Notes under the pieces: generated by a model
The model's database searches: none
What the model was told of the DNA's origin: nothing
Seen by the model: the letters and a program-made list of their open reading frames with translations, nothing else
Source: a virus
Taxonomy: Duplodnaviria > Caudoviricetes
Strand: one strand, 5' to 3'
IMG/VR virus record: IMGVR_UViG_3300020161_002351
Coordinates: 1 to 48,074 of that record
Length of the DNA stretch: 48,074 nucleotides
In this document: positions 1-8,608 of the stretch, piece after piece
How the letters are laid out: every line of letters begins with the position of its first letter
Numbering within the stretch: position 1 is the stretch's first letter
Position numbers and translations under genes: made by a program

Positions 1-112
1 CAAAAGATAAGTAACCCCAGCAGAGTCTGTAACAGAGTTTAGAAGAAACCTAAGGTTCCCAGAAACCCGCCCACGGCGTTTAGAAGTTTCAGCATGGAAA
101 GATCTATTGGGG

Positions 113-3100
113 TCAGCTTATAATAAAGCGCTGGTATGCACGAATCAACCAGTCGATTGGCAGCTGATCCAACTCTGGGTTGACTACAAACAGCCACTTG
201 TCATGGTTGCCCATAGGCTTAGCCAACTTAGCAATGAAGCCTTGACGGAACAGACGTAGAATCTTGCGGTCTGTGTATGCTTCACCCTTCTCTTTATCAC
301 TCTTCTCAAGTGTTTCTACCAGCTTCTTAGCCCAGTCCTTGGTTGTCCCATTTGCCGTTACAGCATAGAACCACTCAGTGATTTGTGCAAACTCAGTTGC
401 TGCAAGCTTCCGTTCCTCTGTGTCCATTGTCATATTGGCAATGCATGCTGGCATGTGAGGAGCGTTAGCCCATTCAAGGAGTTCCCTGAAAGCTTCACGT
501 ACAATTGCCTCACGCACTAGCATGGTCTGCAGTAGTGGGGAGTCTTCCTTATCAGCTACAAAGCTATAATTTGAACCCCAGAACCCGAATTGCAGACCAA
601 CACGCATAGGTACACGCTTTGTCTTAATCCAATACTGGTCAATCTGTCCACCTGTCCTACCCATCCAGTTCCTGATGTGGCGATAGAAGTCATCACCAGA
701 ATCGGTAATAAGCTTCATGTCAGCAGGTGTACCAAGACCCTGTTGTACAGCATCGATGATTTGCTCGTTGGATACAAGTTGGTTAGTGATAACTTCACCA
801 GTAATTGCATAGGTCAGCATCTTAGGAAGCACTGTTGCACCAGTACCACCAGGCATTGCAGATGCAGACTCGCGCATACGGACTTCATCTTTGATACTGT
901 ACACATCACCAATGGTAAGACTAGAAGCACCTGGCAAAGCATCGTATGCATAGTTGATCCTGTCATTCTTGAGCATGATGTCAAGTTGTTCAACCTTAGC
1001 CCTGAGCTCTGCCTCAATCACAGTTGGCACATTGCCGTATGTGTGATAGCAGTGTTCAACTTCGCTAGGAGCTACTGGGATAGCACTCCACTCACCAAAG
1101 TCGTTAGGGTTACGCATAAGCAGTGCCTTGTAAGAACGCTTACCTTCTGCATTCACAAAGTCACGGATCATTACGTTGATTGAGTCATCCAAGTCAGGAC
1201 CACCGTGGTTAGGATAGTTCTCTACAAAGAATTCACCTGGTACCACGAAACAGTGTGTCTTGTCATGATAGAAGCCCTGCATACCCTTATTCTTGAACTT
1301 GTATCCAAAGATTTCAAGTACTTCACGAGTCATGATGTGTGCACGATATGCAAATGGAACAGGCATACGAGTACCAGTGCCACGTTGCGTTACAGCATCA
1401 CCCAGAGGCATGTTGGTGCCATTTCCATCCAGGATACCGAACATCATAGCAACACCACGAGCCTTCAGATACATAAGCAGCTGACTGGACTCAATGCCAA
1501 GACCAATCTCGTTCAACTTATCTGCAAGCTGGTCAATCCGTTTGATCATGGACTTCTTGTTTGGGTTCGTGTCATCTTCATTATCGATGTTCATGGCAAC
1601 TTCCTTCCTCCAATCAGAGTCTGAACCATTCTTGTAGTTGTGTACAAGTTCATTCAGTGCATTCTGAGTAGTTGACAGCATGAGCCATGGATCAATTACA
1701 CCCATAACATCACGGTAGATTGCCAGTGTCAGGTCGTCAGACATAAGTGGGAGCTTGCCATAGCTAGCTTCTGCTGTTGCCCAATACCATCCATCAGTCT
1801 TGATTTCTGCTTTCACGTTTGGTGTAAAGGTACGGATGTCATAACCATTCATCATGTTGTCTGGCAGCACGATTGCATTACCCTTGATCAAGCCTTGTGG
1901 TGTGAGTACACGCAACTGCACAATGCTCATTTTGCCAGACTCAACACGCCTGATCATGGATTCTTTCCACTCATCAGATACGTTTTGGTTGTTCTCGATC
2001 ATATTGACCATGATAGTCCTGCTAACTGCACTGATGCCGTCAACATACTTCTCATCGACTCCAAGATCTGCTGGATCCATAATCTCAACATCAAGATCCT
2101 GGTAGAGTCCATACATGCAACTCTGACGTGCGAACTCTTGTGAACGCTTGGCAAACTTCTTGCTGTTACCAATGATCAAGCCAATCTTGTTGAATGCATC
2201 CAGCCAACCATTATTATCATTCACAATGATGTTGAATTGGTTGTCTGCAGTAGACCAGCGGATTACTGTATCTGGTGTGATGTCATCTTCCAACAAGGCC
2301 TTGTCCCTTGGCATTGCAGTTTCACTCTGATCAAGGTCACGAACCTCTACACGATATCCTTGTGGGAAGAACGTGTCAAGGAATGCAAAGCTATAGCCAC
2401 CTTGCTTGAACTCTTCCTCTACTGACTCGTCCATTTCTGTCAGTGGCATTGTTGTGATCACTCTCATGTTACCTCCTTCTGCTGTTTGGTTGTTGTATTT
2501 CACAATTCCATGGAAGAATGTCGGTGTCTTACCTGGTTCATACATGGCTACCTCCTTCTTTGCTTGTTCAATGATTGGATTCATTGGTTTCTCCTTTTCT
2601 TTTGGGTTTGGGTTATCTGGTATAACTGGCACAATGTTCTCCTTCTCTGTGGGGTTCACAGGTTCTACTGGCTTGTCGGTGTTCTTCACATTCCCTCCTT
2701 CAGGGTTGATAATAAATGTTTTAATTCCATTTGTTCTGCAATAGTTGTAGCACTGTGCAGTACCTCTGCTTGTAGGGTTGTATACCCACACAACATCAGC
2801 ACGGTCAGCCATCCATTCATTGCGTACAAAGTTTGAGTGCTTGCCATTAACATAGATGTTCTTACCACATACATAGTGAACACCACCTGACCTGTGGGCA
2901 TAACCAGCAAGATCCTGGAATGTATCCATGCGATCAATCTTGAGCTGTGAGTTATCACGCCAGTAGTAAGCAGAGTATCCCTTGTTAGGAATTGCTGCAA
3001 TGAGTGTTACTCCAACGCACATAGCTGCACGTGCAAGAGCTTCGTCAAAGCCTTCTGCCATGCCAGAGATAACAACTAGGTTATTACCATGCTTTGCCTT

Positions 3101-3598
3101 TGCCTGTGTAAGCAAGTCGATAAGGTATTCTTGTACCTTGTTCATCTTGCCTTCATCTAGGATAAGAGACCTTGATCCAGTCCCTGCAATTACAAACTTG
3201 CCATCAAGTAGTGGCATATCTGATACTTTCATTACCTTCTCCTTTGGTATTGGTTGTGGTTTCATTACTTGCTCCTTTGGTTGTGGGTTTGGTTGTGATT
3301 TCATGTTCTCTTCCTCGCTTTCGTTGTGGTAGTCTTTGATAAGTTGAGCCAACAATTCACCTGAGTAAACATACGCGTGCAGATTTCCATTGCTTTCAAG
3401 CGTATATATATCACCCATTTTCTCACACACTGCAAATCGAATACCTTCAGCGTAGATCTGCCTGTACTCTTCGATGCTGCACTGCCAAAATGCATCTTCA
3501 TCGTGCCATTTGATAATAGTGTTACTTACTGTTGGTGTTGACATTGCTGCTACCTCCTTGGTAGTTGTTGGGTTGTTATTAACTAATGGAACATTCAT
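113..3598 (-). CDS. Multidomain protein: YspA/DUF1273-like SLOG domain + divergent single-subunit two-barrel (RdRP/YonO-like) RNA polymerase
   Basis: SLOG motifs: IAGTGSR, VISGMAEGFD, RNEWMADRAD, RGTAQC. C-terminal region has YVDGISAVS, QLR..KG and GGPDLDD, resembling the DG, QxR..KG and DxDGD motifs of the RdRP/YonO family. Best RBS (AAGGAGGT, 3552-3559) points to a start at 3544. Confidence 0.6.
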   Translation of the reverse strand: MNVPLVNNNPTTTKEVAAMSTPTVSNTIIKWHDEDAFWQCSIEEYRQIYAEGIRFAVCEKMGDIYTLESNGNLHAYVYSGELLAQLIKDYHNESEEENMKSQPNPQPKEQVMKPQPIPKEKVMKVSDMPLLDGKFVIAGTGSRSLILDEGKMNKVQEYLIDLLTQAKAKHGNNLVVISGMAEGFDEALARAAMCVGVTLIAAIPNKGYSAYYWRDNSQLKIDRMDTFQDLAGYAHRSGGVHYVCGKNIYVNGKHSNFVRNEWMADRADVVWVYNPTSRGTAQCYNYCRTNGIKTFIINPEGGNVKNTDKPVEPVNPTEKENIVPVIPDNPNPKEKEKPMNPIIEQAKKEVAMYEPGKTPTFFHGIVKYNNQTAEGGNMRVITTMPLTEMDESVEEEFKQGGYSFAFLDTFFPQGYRVEVRDLDQSETAMPRDKALLEDDITPDTVIRWSTADNQFNIIVNDNNGWLDAFNKIGLIIGNSKKFAKRSQEFARQSCMYGLYQDLDVEIMDPADLGVDEKYVDGISAVSRTIMVNMIENNQNVSDEWKESMIRRVESGKMSIVQLRVLTPQGLIKGNAIVLPDNMMNGYDIRTFTPNVKAEIKTDGWYWATAEASYGKLPLMSDDLTLAIYRDVMGVIDPWLMLSTTQNALNELVHNYKNGSDSDWRKEVAMNIDNEDDTNPNKKSMIKRIDQLADKLNEIGLGIESSQLLMYLKARGVAMMFGILDGNGTNMPLGDAVTQRGTGTRMPVPFAYRAHIMTREVLEIFGYKFKNKGMQGFYHDKTHCFVVPGEFFVENYPNHGGPDLDDSINVMIRDFVNAEGKRSYKALLMRNPNDFGEWSAIPVAPSEVEHCYHTYGNVPTVIEAELRAKVEQLDIMLKNDRINYAYDALPGASSLTIGDVYSIKDEVRMRESASAMPGGTGATVLPKMLTYAITGEVITNQLVSNEQIIDAVQQGLGTPADMKLITDSGDDFYRHIRNWMGRTGGQIDQYWIKTKRVPMRVGLQFGFWGSNYSFVADKEDSPLLQTMLVREAIVREAFRELLEWANAPHMPACIANMTMDTEERKLAATEFAQITEWFYAVTANGTTKDWAKKLVETLEKSDKEKGEAYTDRKILRLFRQGFIAKLAKPMGNHDKWLFVVNPELDQLPIDWLIRAYQRFIIS

Positions 3599-3600
3599 TA

Positions 3601-5724
3601 TTAGATATCCTTATCTGCTAGAAATGGAGTGTGTGTCATAACGTTCTTAATCCAGTTGCGGATCTTCTTATCCATAGCTGGCTCAAGTTCACGGTTGTGC
3701 TTACCGCGCAGTTCTTCTATGTGGTAATCTTTGGTAAGGCGCGCATGGCCAATCCATTGGTTAGTTACCTTGTCTTTAAATCCAACAATGTAACATTCCC
3801 TATTGGCTACTCTATTAGAGTATGCACTACCAATGCAGTTAACCTGTGTGGCACCCCAATCAATCAAGTCATGAGTTGTCTTTGGTGCTACAAATATAAC
3901 ACCTGGCAATATTTCTTTTTCATGTAGCTTGTTGATTAGTCTTGTATTAGGCGTCTTCTTTTCAGCTTGTGCATACTTTTGTGCTTCAGCAACAATAAAG
4001 TTATGTATTTCTTCTGGATTCATCTTTTGTTGTTTAACATAAGCCACAAGAGTCTTACGCGCATTACCAAGAGGAATGTTCTTCCAGCTGTTCATTGTGT
4101 CAACCACCATATCAATTTGATACCGTGTATCGCCAATTGTCTGAGCAAAGAATCCTTGATACCACTTGATTGTTGAGTTCCTAATTCCAAATGTCTTAAA
4201 GAACTTATTGAAGTGATTTATTTCTTCAGTTGTAGTCTTGACAATTGCATCTACCTCATAACGGTTATTATTAGGATACTTCACTTTCTGCCACGGTGCT
4301 GGTGCTGGTATTGGTTGCCTATCTTCTACCACCCATGCAACATCGATTGTATCAAAGAACTCTCTTGGGAGTGCCTTAAACATTCTAGTTGCTATGATAG
4401 CAGCTTCCAATTGTTGAAAGTAGCTAAAGTTTTTCATGCCACCAAATGCATTTCTGGTTAAGCCCTGTTGAGCAGTTTTGCCATAAGCTTTATTAAGTAT
4501 ATCTACTAGACTTGTCTTTCCACCAATCCAGTAAATATTACGCGCAGTAAAGTCATGCAACTGATTAAATTGCACTCTGTCATTCCAACTGTGGCGATAA
4601 CTAGCTTCTACTTTAGGCAAGTACTCGGTTATTGGCATTACTTCCTTCTGTGAGTACATACCTTCAAGCATCTCAACTATGTGCTGAGTAATATAACTGA
4701 TATCGTTTGCGTGCAATTTGCCAAACTCTTTCTGCTGCTCAAGTGATTGCCCCCACTTAACAGCCTTAGTCTTGGTATCTTTCACAAGCATCCGCACACC
4801 AGAAGGAGTCTTAGTCACAATCATAATGTGATTAAAGTTCTTCCTGTGTGGAGGAATGTTGCTGTTCTTAACACTTCCATTCTTTGACCTTGAACTGTAC
4901 CTTGTGCTAACGTCTTTATCTGCTATGTAGCATGAAGTTACAGAGCCTTGTACTATCCAACCGGTTTCAGTCTGGATTAGCCTCACTTCATACATCATTG
5001 ACCATTGACCAATGCATGAACCATTATCAGCTGTTTCAAACTGAGTCATTGTTCGAGTGTAATAACCATAATGATCCCAACGCTCTATTGTTGGTACATT
5101 ATTCTTATCAAACCCATGTCCATCATTGTAGATATCATTTGCCCGGTAGATAGCGCTAATGATTTCATATGCTGTCATTTCGTCTGGTGATTTCATCTTA
5201 TCCCTTTCTTCTGGTGGTGTAAACATTTCATTCATCTCCTCTAGTGTTGTTTCTGGACTCTTCATTGCTTTCATGGCTATTGCCCTTTCATTGTTGTTGT
5301 TTGATGTTAATTGAATATACATTGCATTAATTGCTGGATCTTCTAGCTTCATTTCTATTTCTCCTTGTTTGATTATGGCTATTACTACAAATGCATCTTG
5401 TGTTCTATATGCTCCACTGCTCCATCCATCTACTGAACCATTGTGCCAATCTGGATATGGCGCATCATCATCATGGAACATTGTGGCTGGATCAAATGGT
5501 TTAACCAAATAAACATTGGCAGTTCCACCGTTAGTCAATGCTGCATGAGTTGCATACCGTTCAGCTTCTGTGATGTGAATAGTTGCGTGAGCAAAGTCTT
5601 TCAACTGCTTCAGGTATTTGGTTGAGTAGTTGATTGCTCCACCATGTTCAATGGCAGGGAGAATAAGATCTCCCTCATTAAACTTGCGGTTTGTTCCGTG
5701 GAACAGGATTGTTGGCTTATTCAT
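3601..5724 (-). CDS. Arr-like ADP-ribosyltransferase domain fused to a C-terminal PcfJ-like domain
   Basis: N-terminal LFHGT..GDLI, A..YA, VYLVKP and AYRT follow the Arr (rifampin ART) pattern. C-terminal PKT..DL..WG..QVNCIG..Y...ELRGKHN follows the PcfJ pattern. Internal RBS + ATG at 5352. Confidence 0.65.
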   Translation of the reverse strand: MNKPTILFHGTNRKFNEGDLILPAIEHGGAINYSTKYLKQLKDFAHATIHITEAERYATHAALTNGGTANVYLVKPFDPATMFHDDDAPYPDWHNGSVDGWSSGAYRTQDAFVVIAIIKQGEIEMKLEDPAINAMYIQLTSNNNNERAIAMKAMKSPETTLEEMNEMFTPPEERDKMKSPDEMTAYEIISAIYRANDIYNDGHGFDKNNVPTIERWDHYGYYTRTMTQFETADNGSCIGQWSMMYEVRLIQTETGWIVQGSVTSCYIADKDVSTRYSSRSKNGSVKNSNIPPHRKNFNHIMIVTKTPSGVRMLVKDTKTKAVKWGQSLEQQKEFGKLHANDISYITQHIVEMLEGMYSQKEVMPITEYLPKVEASYRHSWNDRVQFNQLHDFTARNIYWIGGKTSLVDILNKAYGKTAQQGLTRNAFGGMKNFSYFQQLEAAIIATRMFKALPREFFDTIDVAWVVEDRQPIPAPAPWQKVKYPNNNRYEVDAIVKTTTEEINHFNKFFKTFGIRNSTIKWYQGFFAQTIGDTRYQIDMVVDTMNSWKNIPLGNARKTLVAYVKQQKMNPEEIHNFIVAEAQKYAQAEKKTPNTRLINKLHEKEILPGVIFVAPKTTHDLIDWGATQVNCIGSAYSNRVANRECYIVGFKDKVTNQWIGHARLTKDYHIEELRGKHNRELEPAMDKKIRNWIKNVMTHTPFLADKDI

Positions 5725-6023
5725 TATTTGTCTCCTTCGTTGGTTGTTTGTTGTATAAAAGATGGCGGGTAATACTTAGCACCTTCAACTCTTGGCACAT
5801 CACTAAATTCAACTCCATCATAGGCAAAGCCATAGATGGCTAACTGAGCGTGTGCTTCAGCAATTTGCTTTATGTACATGTTTGTGACAACATGTGGATT
5901 TGGTCCACCGTTAATCATTTCATCCATGTGTTGAGCAGCTAGAACTTCCCAAAGCTCTACTACTTTTATATCTATGAAAGAAGTACATTGTTGTACCCAT
6001 TTCCATTCTGGTATGTCACTCAT
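5724..6023 (-). CDS. hypothetical protein
   Basis: 99 aa ORF with an RBS; start and stop codons overlap both neighbours by 1 nt. Confidence 0.7.
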   Translation of the reverse strand: MSDIPEWKWVQQCTSFIDIKVVELWEVLAAQHMDEMINGGPNPHVVTNMYIKQIAEAHAQLAIYGFAYDGVEFSDVPRVEGAKYYPPSFIQQTTNEGDK

Positions 6024-6259
6024 TACTTTCCTCCTTGGTTTGTGAATAGGTTTAACTGATTCTTACGGAACTTGCGCTTCTTCTTTGCCTGTTCCATATT
6101 CTTATTCCGTGAAGCATTGCATTCTTTGCAAAGCGTGAATCCACCACGGAAATTGTGGAAAACACCTTCTCCCTTGAATACCCACTGAGAGCACCAAGCA
6201 CAGAGTGTGTTCTGATGATTGTACATTACGGTTACCTTCCTTTCGTTTGGTTGTTTCAA
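6023..6259 (-). CDS. small zinc-finger protein
   Basis: CAWC...CKEC with a basic tail; true start may be ATG at about 6226. Confidence 0.6.
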   Translation of the reverse strand: MKQPNERKVTVMYNHQNTLCAWCSQWVFKGEGVFHNFRGGFTLCKECNASRNKNMEQAKKKRKFRKNQLNLFTNQGGK

Positions 6260-6260
6260 A

Positions 6261-6288
6261 TGAGCAGTTTAATGACATGCTTAGGTCA
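6261..6288 (-). repeat. intergenic pseudoknot repeat, copy 1
   Basis: minus strand UGAC-C-UAAGCA-U-GUCA-UUAAAC-UGCUCA. Confidence 0.75.
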
Positions 6289-6293
6289 GTTGC

Positions 6294-6836
6294 TTACTTA
6301 GGTGTTACTTGCAACTCAATTTCTTCTTTTATGTGGCCTAAATGCCAATGATCTGGTATATCTGATGATATTAATTTAACACAAGCATCGAGCTTAAAGT
6401 GATCAATTATAGCTTGAATGAATTCCTTTGAAAATCCAATTAAACTATAACCAACTCTAACTTCAGTGTATTCAATACCACTATTGCACATATGAATTGA
6501 TGGTCTTCCACTCCATGGTCCACTGATGACTTTGTGCGAACCATCATTCATAGTTAACTCAAATGAGTCACCTCCATAACCACGACCAATCATGCTTGAT
6601 CCGTCATGGATATAACCATTGACAATTGCACCGTCGTCTGAAACGCCAACAAAAGAGTATGATGTTTCTTCATCAAACACATTGTTGTATTGCGTATAAG
6701 TTAACGCTCCATTTGTTAGCCGATTGTCACTTGATTCAACTTGAAGTTGATAACAACCCCAGCTTTCAATGAAAACAATCTCAGCTTTTGATATTGCATC
6801 CAGCCTTGACTGGAATTGGTTTGTGTTTTGTGACAT
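6294..6836 (-). CDS. hypothetical protein
   Basis: 180 aa ORF with AAGGAG RBS. Confidence 0.75.
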   Translation of the reverse strand: MSQNTNQFQSRLDAISKAEIVFIESWGCYQLQVESSDNRLTNGALTYTQYNNVFDEETSYSFVGVSDDGAIVNGYIHDGSSMIGRGYGGDSFELTMNDGSHKVISGPWSGRPSIHMCNSGIEYTEVRVGYSLIGFSKEFIQAIIDHFKLDACVKLISSDIPDHWHLGHIKEEIELQVTPK

Positions 6837-6838
6837 GT

Positions 6839-7156
6839 TTACTTTTCTCCTTTGTTGTTATTAATTACTCTATATGGACGGCCATGCAATTCAATGAAGA
6901 TGGCATTCATTATTGCCATACCTTCTTCAAATGTGCATGGTTGATCATCAAGACCAAGAGGTAGTTGTGCACCACCATTAGTCCTCATGTTCTTTTTTGC
7001 TGCTGCTTCATTCATAGCTTTCCTCCAGTTAATCTGCTTTATTAGCCTTGCAGCTTTCAATGGAGCATTTACTTCCTTATGCTTAGGACAGTTCTCACTG
7101 CGTAAGCATTGCTTACCTTCTTTTGTTACTGAAGCACATCGTGGTGATGTACGCAT
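6839..7156 (-). CDS. hypothetical protein with N-terminal C-C-C-H zinc knuckle
   Basis: RCASVTKEGKQCLRSENCPKH; AGGAGG RBS. Confidence 0.65.
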   Translation of the reverse strand: MRTSPRCASVTKEGKQCLRSENCPKHKEVNAPLKAARLIKQINWRKAMNEAAAKKNMRTNGGAQLPLGLDDQPCTFEEGMAIMNAIFIELHGRPYRVINNNKGEK

Positions 7157-7193
7157 AGTTATCCTCCTTAGGATAATGTAGTGGTTATTAAAA

Positions 7194-7220
7194 GGGCAGT
7201 TTAACGACGTACCCAGGTCG
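7194..7220 (-). repeat. intergenic pseudoknot repeat, copy 2
   Basis: CGAC-CU-GGGUA-C-GUCG-UUAAAC-UGCCC. Confidence 0.8.
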
Positions 7221-7244
7221 GTTACTTACGTTGATTAACGACAA

Positions 7245-7487
7245 CTAAATAAAATTGTCGTAATGCTTTCCATTTGTGATTTGCATGATTGCATCATAGA
7301 AAGAATCCGCCATTTTCTCAGCTTCTTTCTTTGGCATCTGTGCTTCAGTTGGGTCTTTTGCCATCTCCTCAAAATATTCGAGAAGATCATAAAGCTCCTT
7401 AACCTTATCTTTCTTGCTGATGTTCTTGGGCAAGTTGCTAAGAACCCATTCTGGAGTGGGAATAAAGCACTCTTTTGTTTCTGACAT
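7245..7487 (-). CDS. hypothetical protein
   Basis: AAGGAG RBS before ATG 7487; the track start at 7538 lies inside the repeat. Confidence 0.7.
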   Translation of the reverse strand: MSETKECFIPTPEWVLSNLPKNISKKDKVKELYDLLEYFEEMAKDPTEAQMPKKEAEKMADSFYDAIMQITNGKHYDNFI

Positions 7488-7520
7488 TATCTTCTCCTTA
7501 ATTAGTGGTTGATAATAAAA

Positions 7521-7549
7521 TAGACAGTTTAACGACATGTCTAGGTCGT
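7521..7549 (-). repeat. intergenic pseudoknot repeat, copy 3
   Basis: ACGAC-C-UAGACA-U-GUCGU-UAAAC-UGUCUA, fully paired. Confidence 0.8.
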
Positions 7550-7550
7550 G

Positions 7551-7587
7551 TAGTGATTATTCTGTTGCCAGGCATCACCAATGCCCC
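7551..7587 (-). ncRNA. second structured element (pseudoknot + GCAA hairpin), copy A
   Basis: GGGGCAU-UGGUGA-UGCCUG-GCAA-CAG-AAUAA-UCACUA; covaries with the copy at 8284-8320. Confidence 0.55.
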
Positions 7588-7614
7588 GAGTCTTACTCAG
7601 TCGTCATCGACGTC

Positions 7615-7869
7615 TTAGTCTTGACACGAATGTGTTTCCACACTCTTCGTGCCCACACTAATGACTGTGGCATAATGGTTGCCACAATCAATCAAGTGTG
7701 ACCAAGAACCGATTAGGTCTAGGACCCTTTCGTACTTCTTGGAGACCAGCTCGCGTTCGATGACCAAGCCCACACCATCTGGGGTACCGTGCACTAGTTG
7801 CACGATCCAGAAAAATGTGTCCTCGGACATCAATTCCGCAGAACTAAACGTCTTCTTGACGATTTTCAT
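7615..7869 (-). CDS. hypothetical protein
   Basis: 84 aa ORF with strong AAAGGAGGTGA RBS. Confidence 0.7.
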   Translation of the reverse strand: MKIVKKTFSSAELMSEDTFFWIVQLVHGTPDGVGLVIERELVSKKYERVLDLIGSWSHLIDCGNHYATVISVGTKSVETHSCQD

Positions 7870-7892
7870 ATTTCACCTCCTTTCTGAGGCTG

Positions 7893-7917
7893 ATGCTAGA
7901 GGCCTTTCCTCTAGCAT
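7893..7917. other. perfect 10-bp hairpin
   Basis: ATGCTAGAGG-CCTTT-CCTCTAGCAT, between pseudoknot copy 4 and the RBS of the 7869 gene. Confidence 0.65.
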
Positions 7918-7945
7918 GGGCAGTTTAACGACATGCCCAGGTCAT
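7917..7945 (-). repeat. intergenic pseudoknot repeat, copy 4
   Basis: AUGAC-C-UGGGCA-U-GUCGU-UAAAC-UGCCCA. Confidence 0.8.
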
Positions 7946-7949
7946 TTAC

Positions 7950-8219
7950 TTACTTAGTTGGGAATATAACTAATTGACCATGACGGAGATCCGCAGAACC
8001 TCCATTAAGATCAATTATGTGTCCAACCCTACTTTGCTTGTCATACCCACCAACACAACCAGCATCACTGCTCAATGTCCAATAGGTATCTCCATATGCC
8101 GCTACCAAACTGTCAACTTGGCAGGATACTGGATTGTTACTTGCTTCTACGAAAGTAATAATTGCAAACACTGCTAATACCGCAATTAATACAGTTATTA
8201 ATTTATCCTTAATAGCCAT
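7950..8219 (-). CDS. N-terminal TM helix + LysM-like domain (YneA/ChiZ-like architecture)
   Basis: hydrophobic LITVLIAVLAVFAIITFV, then GDTYWTL...IIDLN....L.HGQLVIFP. Confidence 0.65.
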   Translation of the reverse strand: MAIKDKLITVLIAVLAVFAIITFVEASNNPVSCQVDSLVAAYGDTYWTLSSDAGCVGGYDKQSRVGHIIDLNGGSADLRHGQLVIFPTK

Positions 8220-8253
8220 GATTATTTTCCTTTGTTTGTGGTTGATAATAAAG

Positions 8254-8282
8254 TGGACAGTTTAACGACGTATCCAGGTCGT
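8254..8282 (-). repeat. intergenic pseudoknot repeat, copy 5
   Basis: ACGAC-C-UGGAUA-C-GUCGU-UAAAC-UGUCCA. Confidence 0.8.
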
Positions 8283-8283
8283 G

Positions 8284-8320
8284 TGGTAATTATTCTGTTG
8301 CCAGGCGTTACCAATGCCCC
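8284..8320 (-). ncRNA. second structured element, copy B
   Basis: GGGGCAU-UGGUAA-CGCCUG-GCAA-CAG-AAUAA-UUACCA. Confidence 0.55.
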
Positions 8321-8356
8321 GAGGATCCTTAGTCCCCAGTTGTTTTACCAGCAAGC

Positions 8357-8608
8357 CTAGATGCTGTTATCGCGCAAACGCCGTTGATAGGTGTCTGGTG
8401 CGTAACGCAGCATTTTTGCCTGGTGATCAAGCGAACTCACTACTCCTGTAGTGAATGTCGCAAGCTCAACCATTCCCGCTTCCCGATAAGTCAATGAGAG
8501 ACGCTGCATCTCAAGGGTGTACAACCCAATGAGATTAGCTAGCGTAACCATTTCGTCATCGAAATTGACGAGAGGCTTTGGCTGGTAAGGGCTCATGTCT
8601 TCTGACAT
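8357..8608 (-). CDS. hypothetical protein
   Basis: GGAGG-type RBS before ATG 8608 (MSEDM...). Confidence 0.65.
   Translation of the reverse strand: MSEDMSPYQPKPLVNFDDEMVTLANLIGLYTLEMQRLSLTYREAGMVELATFTTGVVSSLDHQAKMLRYAPDTYQRRLRDNSI

Noticed and set aside
590-5625. Plus-strand ORFs overlapping the two large early genes
   Set aside because: Antisense shadows without RBS or recognisable motifs.
7238-7261. Partial seventh repeat and hairpin (ACGACAA/TTGTCGT)
   Set aside because: Only TTAACGAC is shared and stem 2 is missing; the 7-bp inverted repeat could be chance.
7551-7587. Fluoride riboswitch or a known ribozyme
   Set aside because: Topology is similar, but the conserved GGCGAUG and CUGAUG nucleotides are absent and I recognised no ribozyme core.
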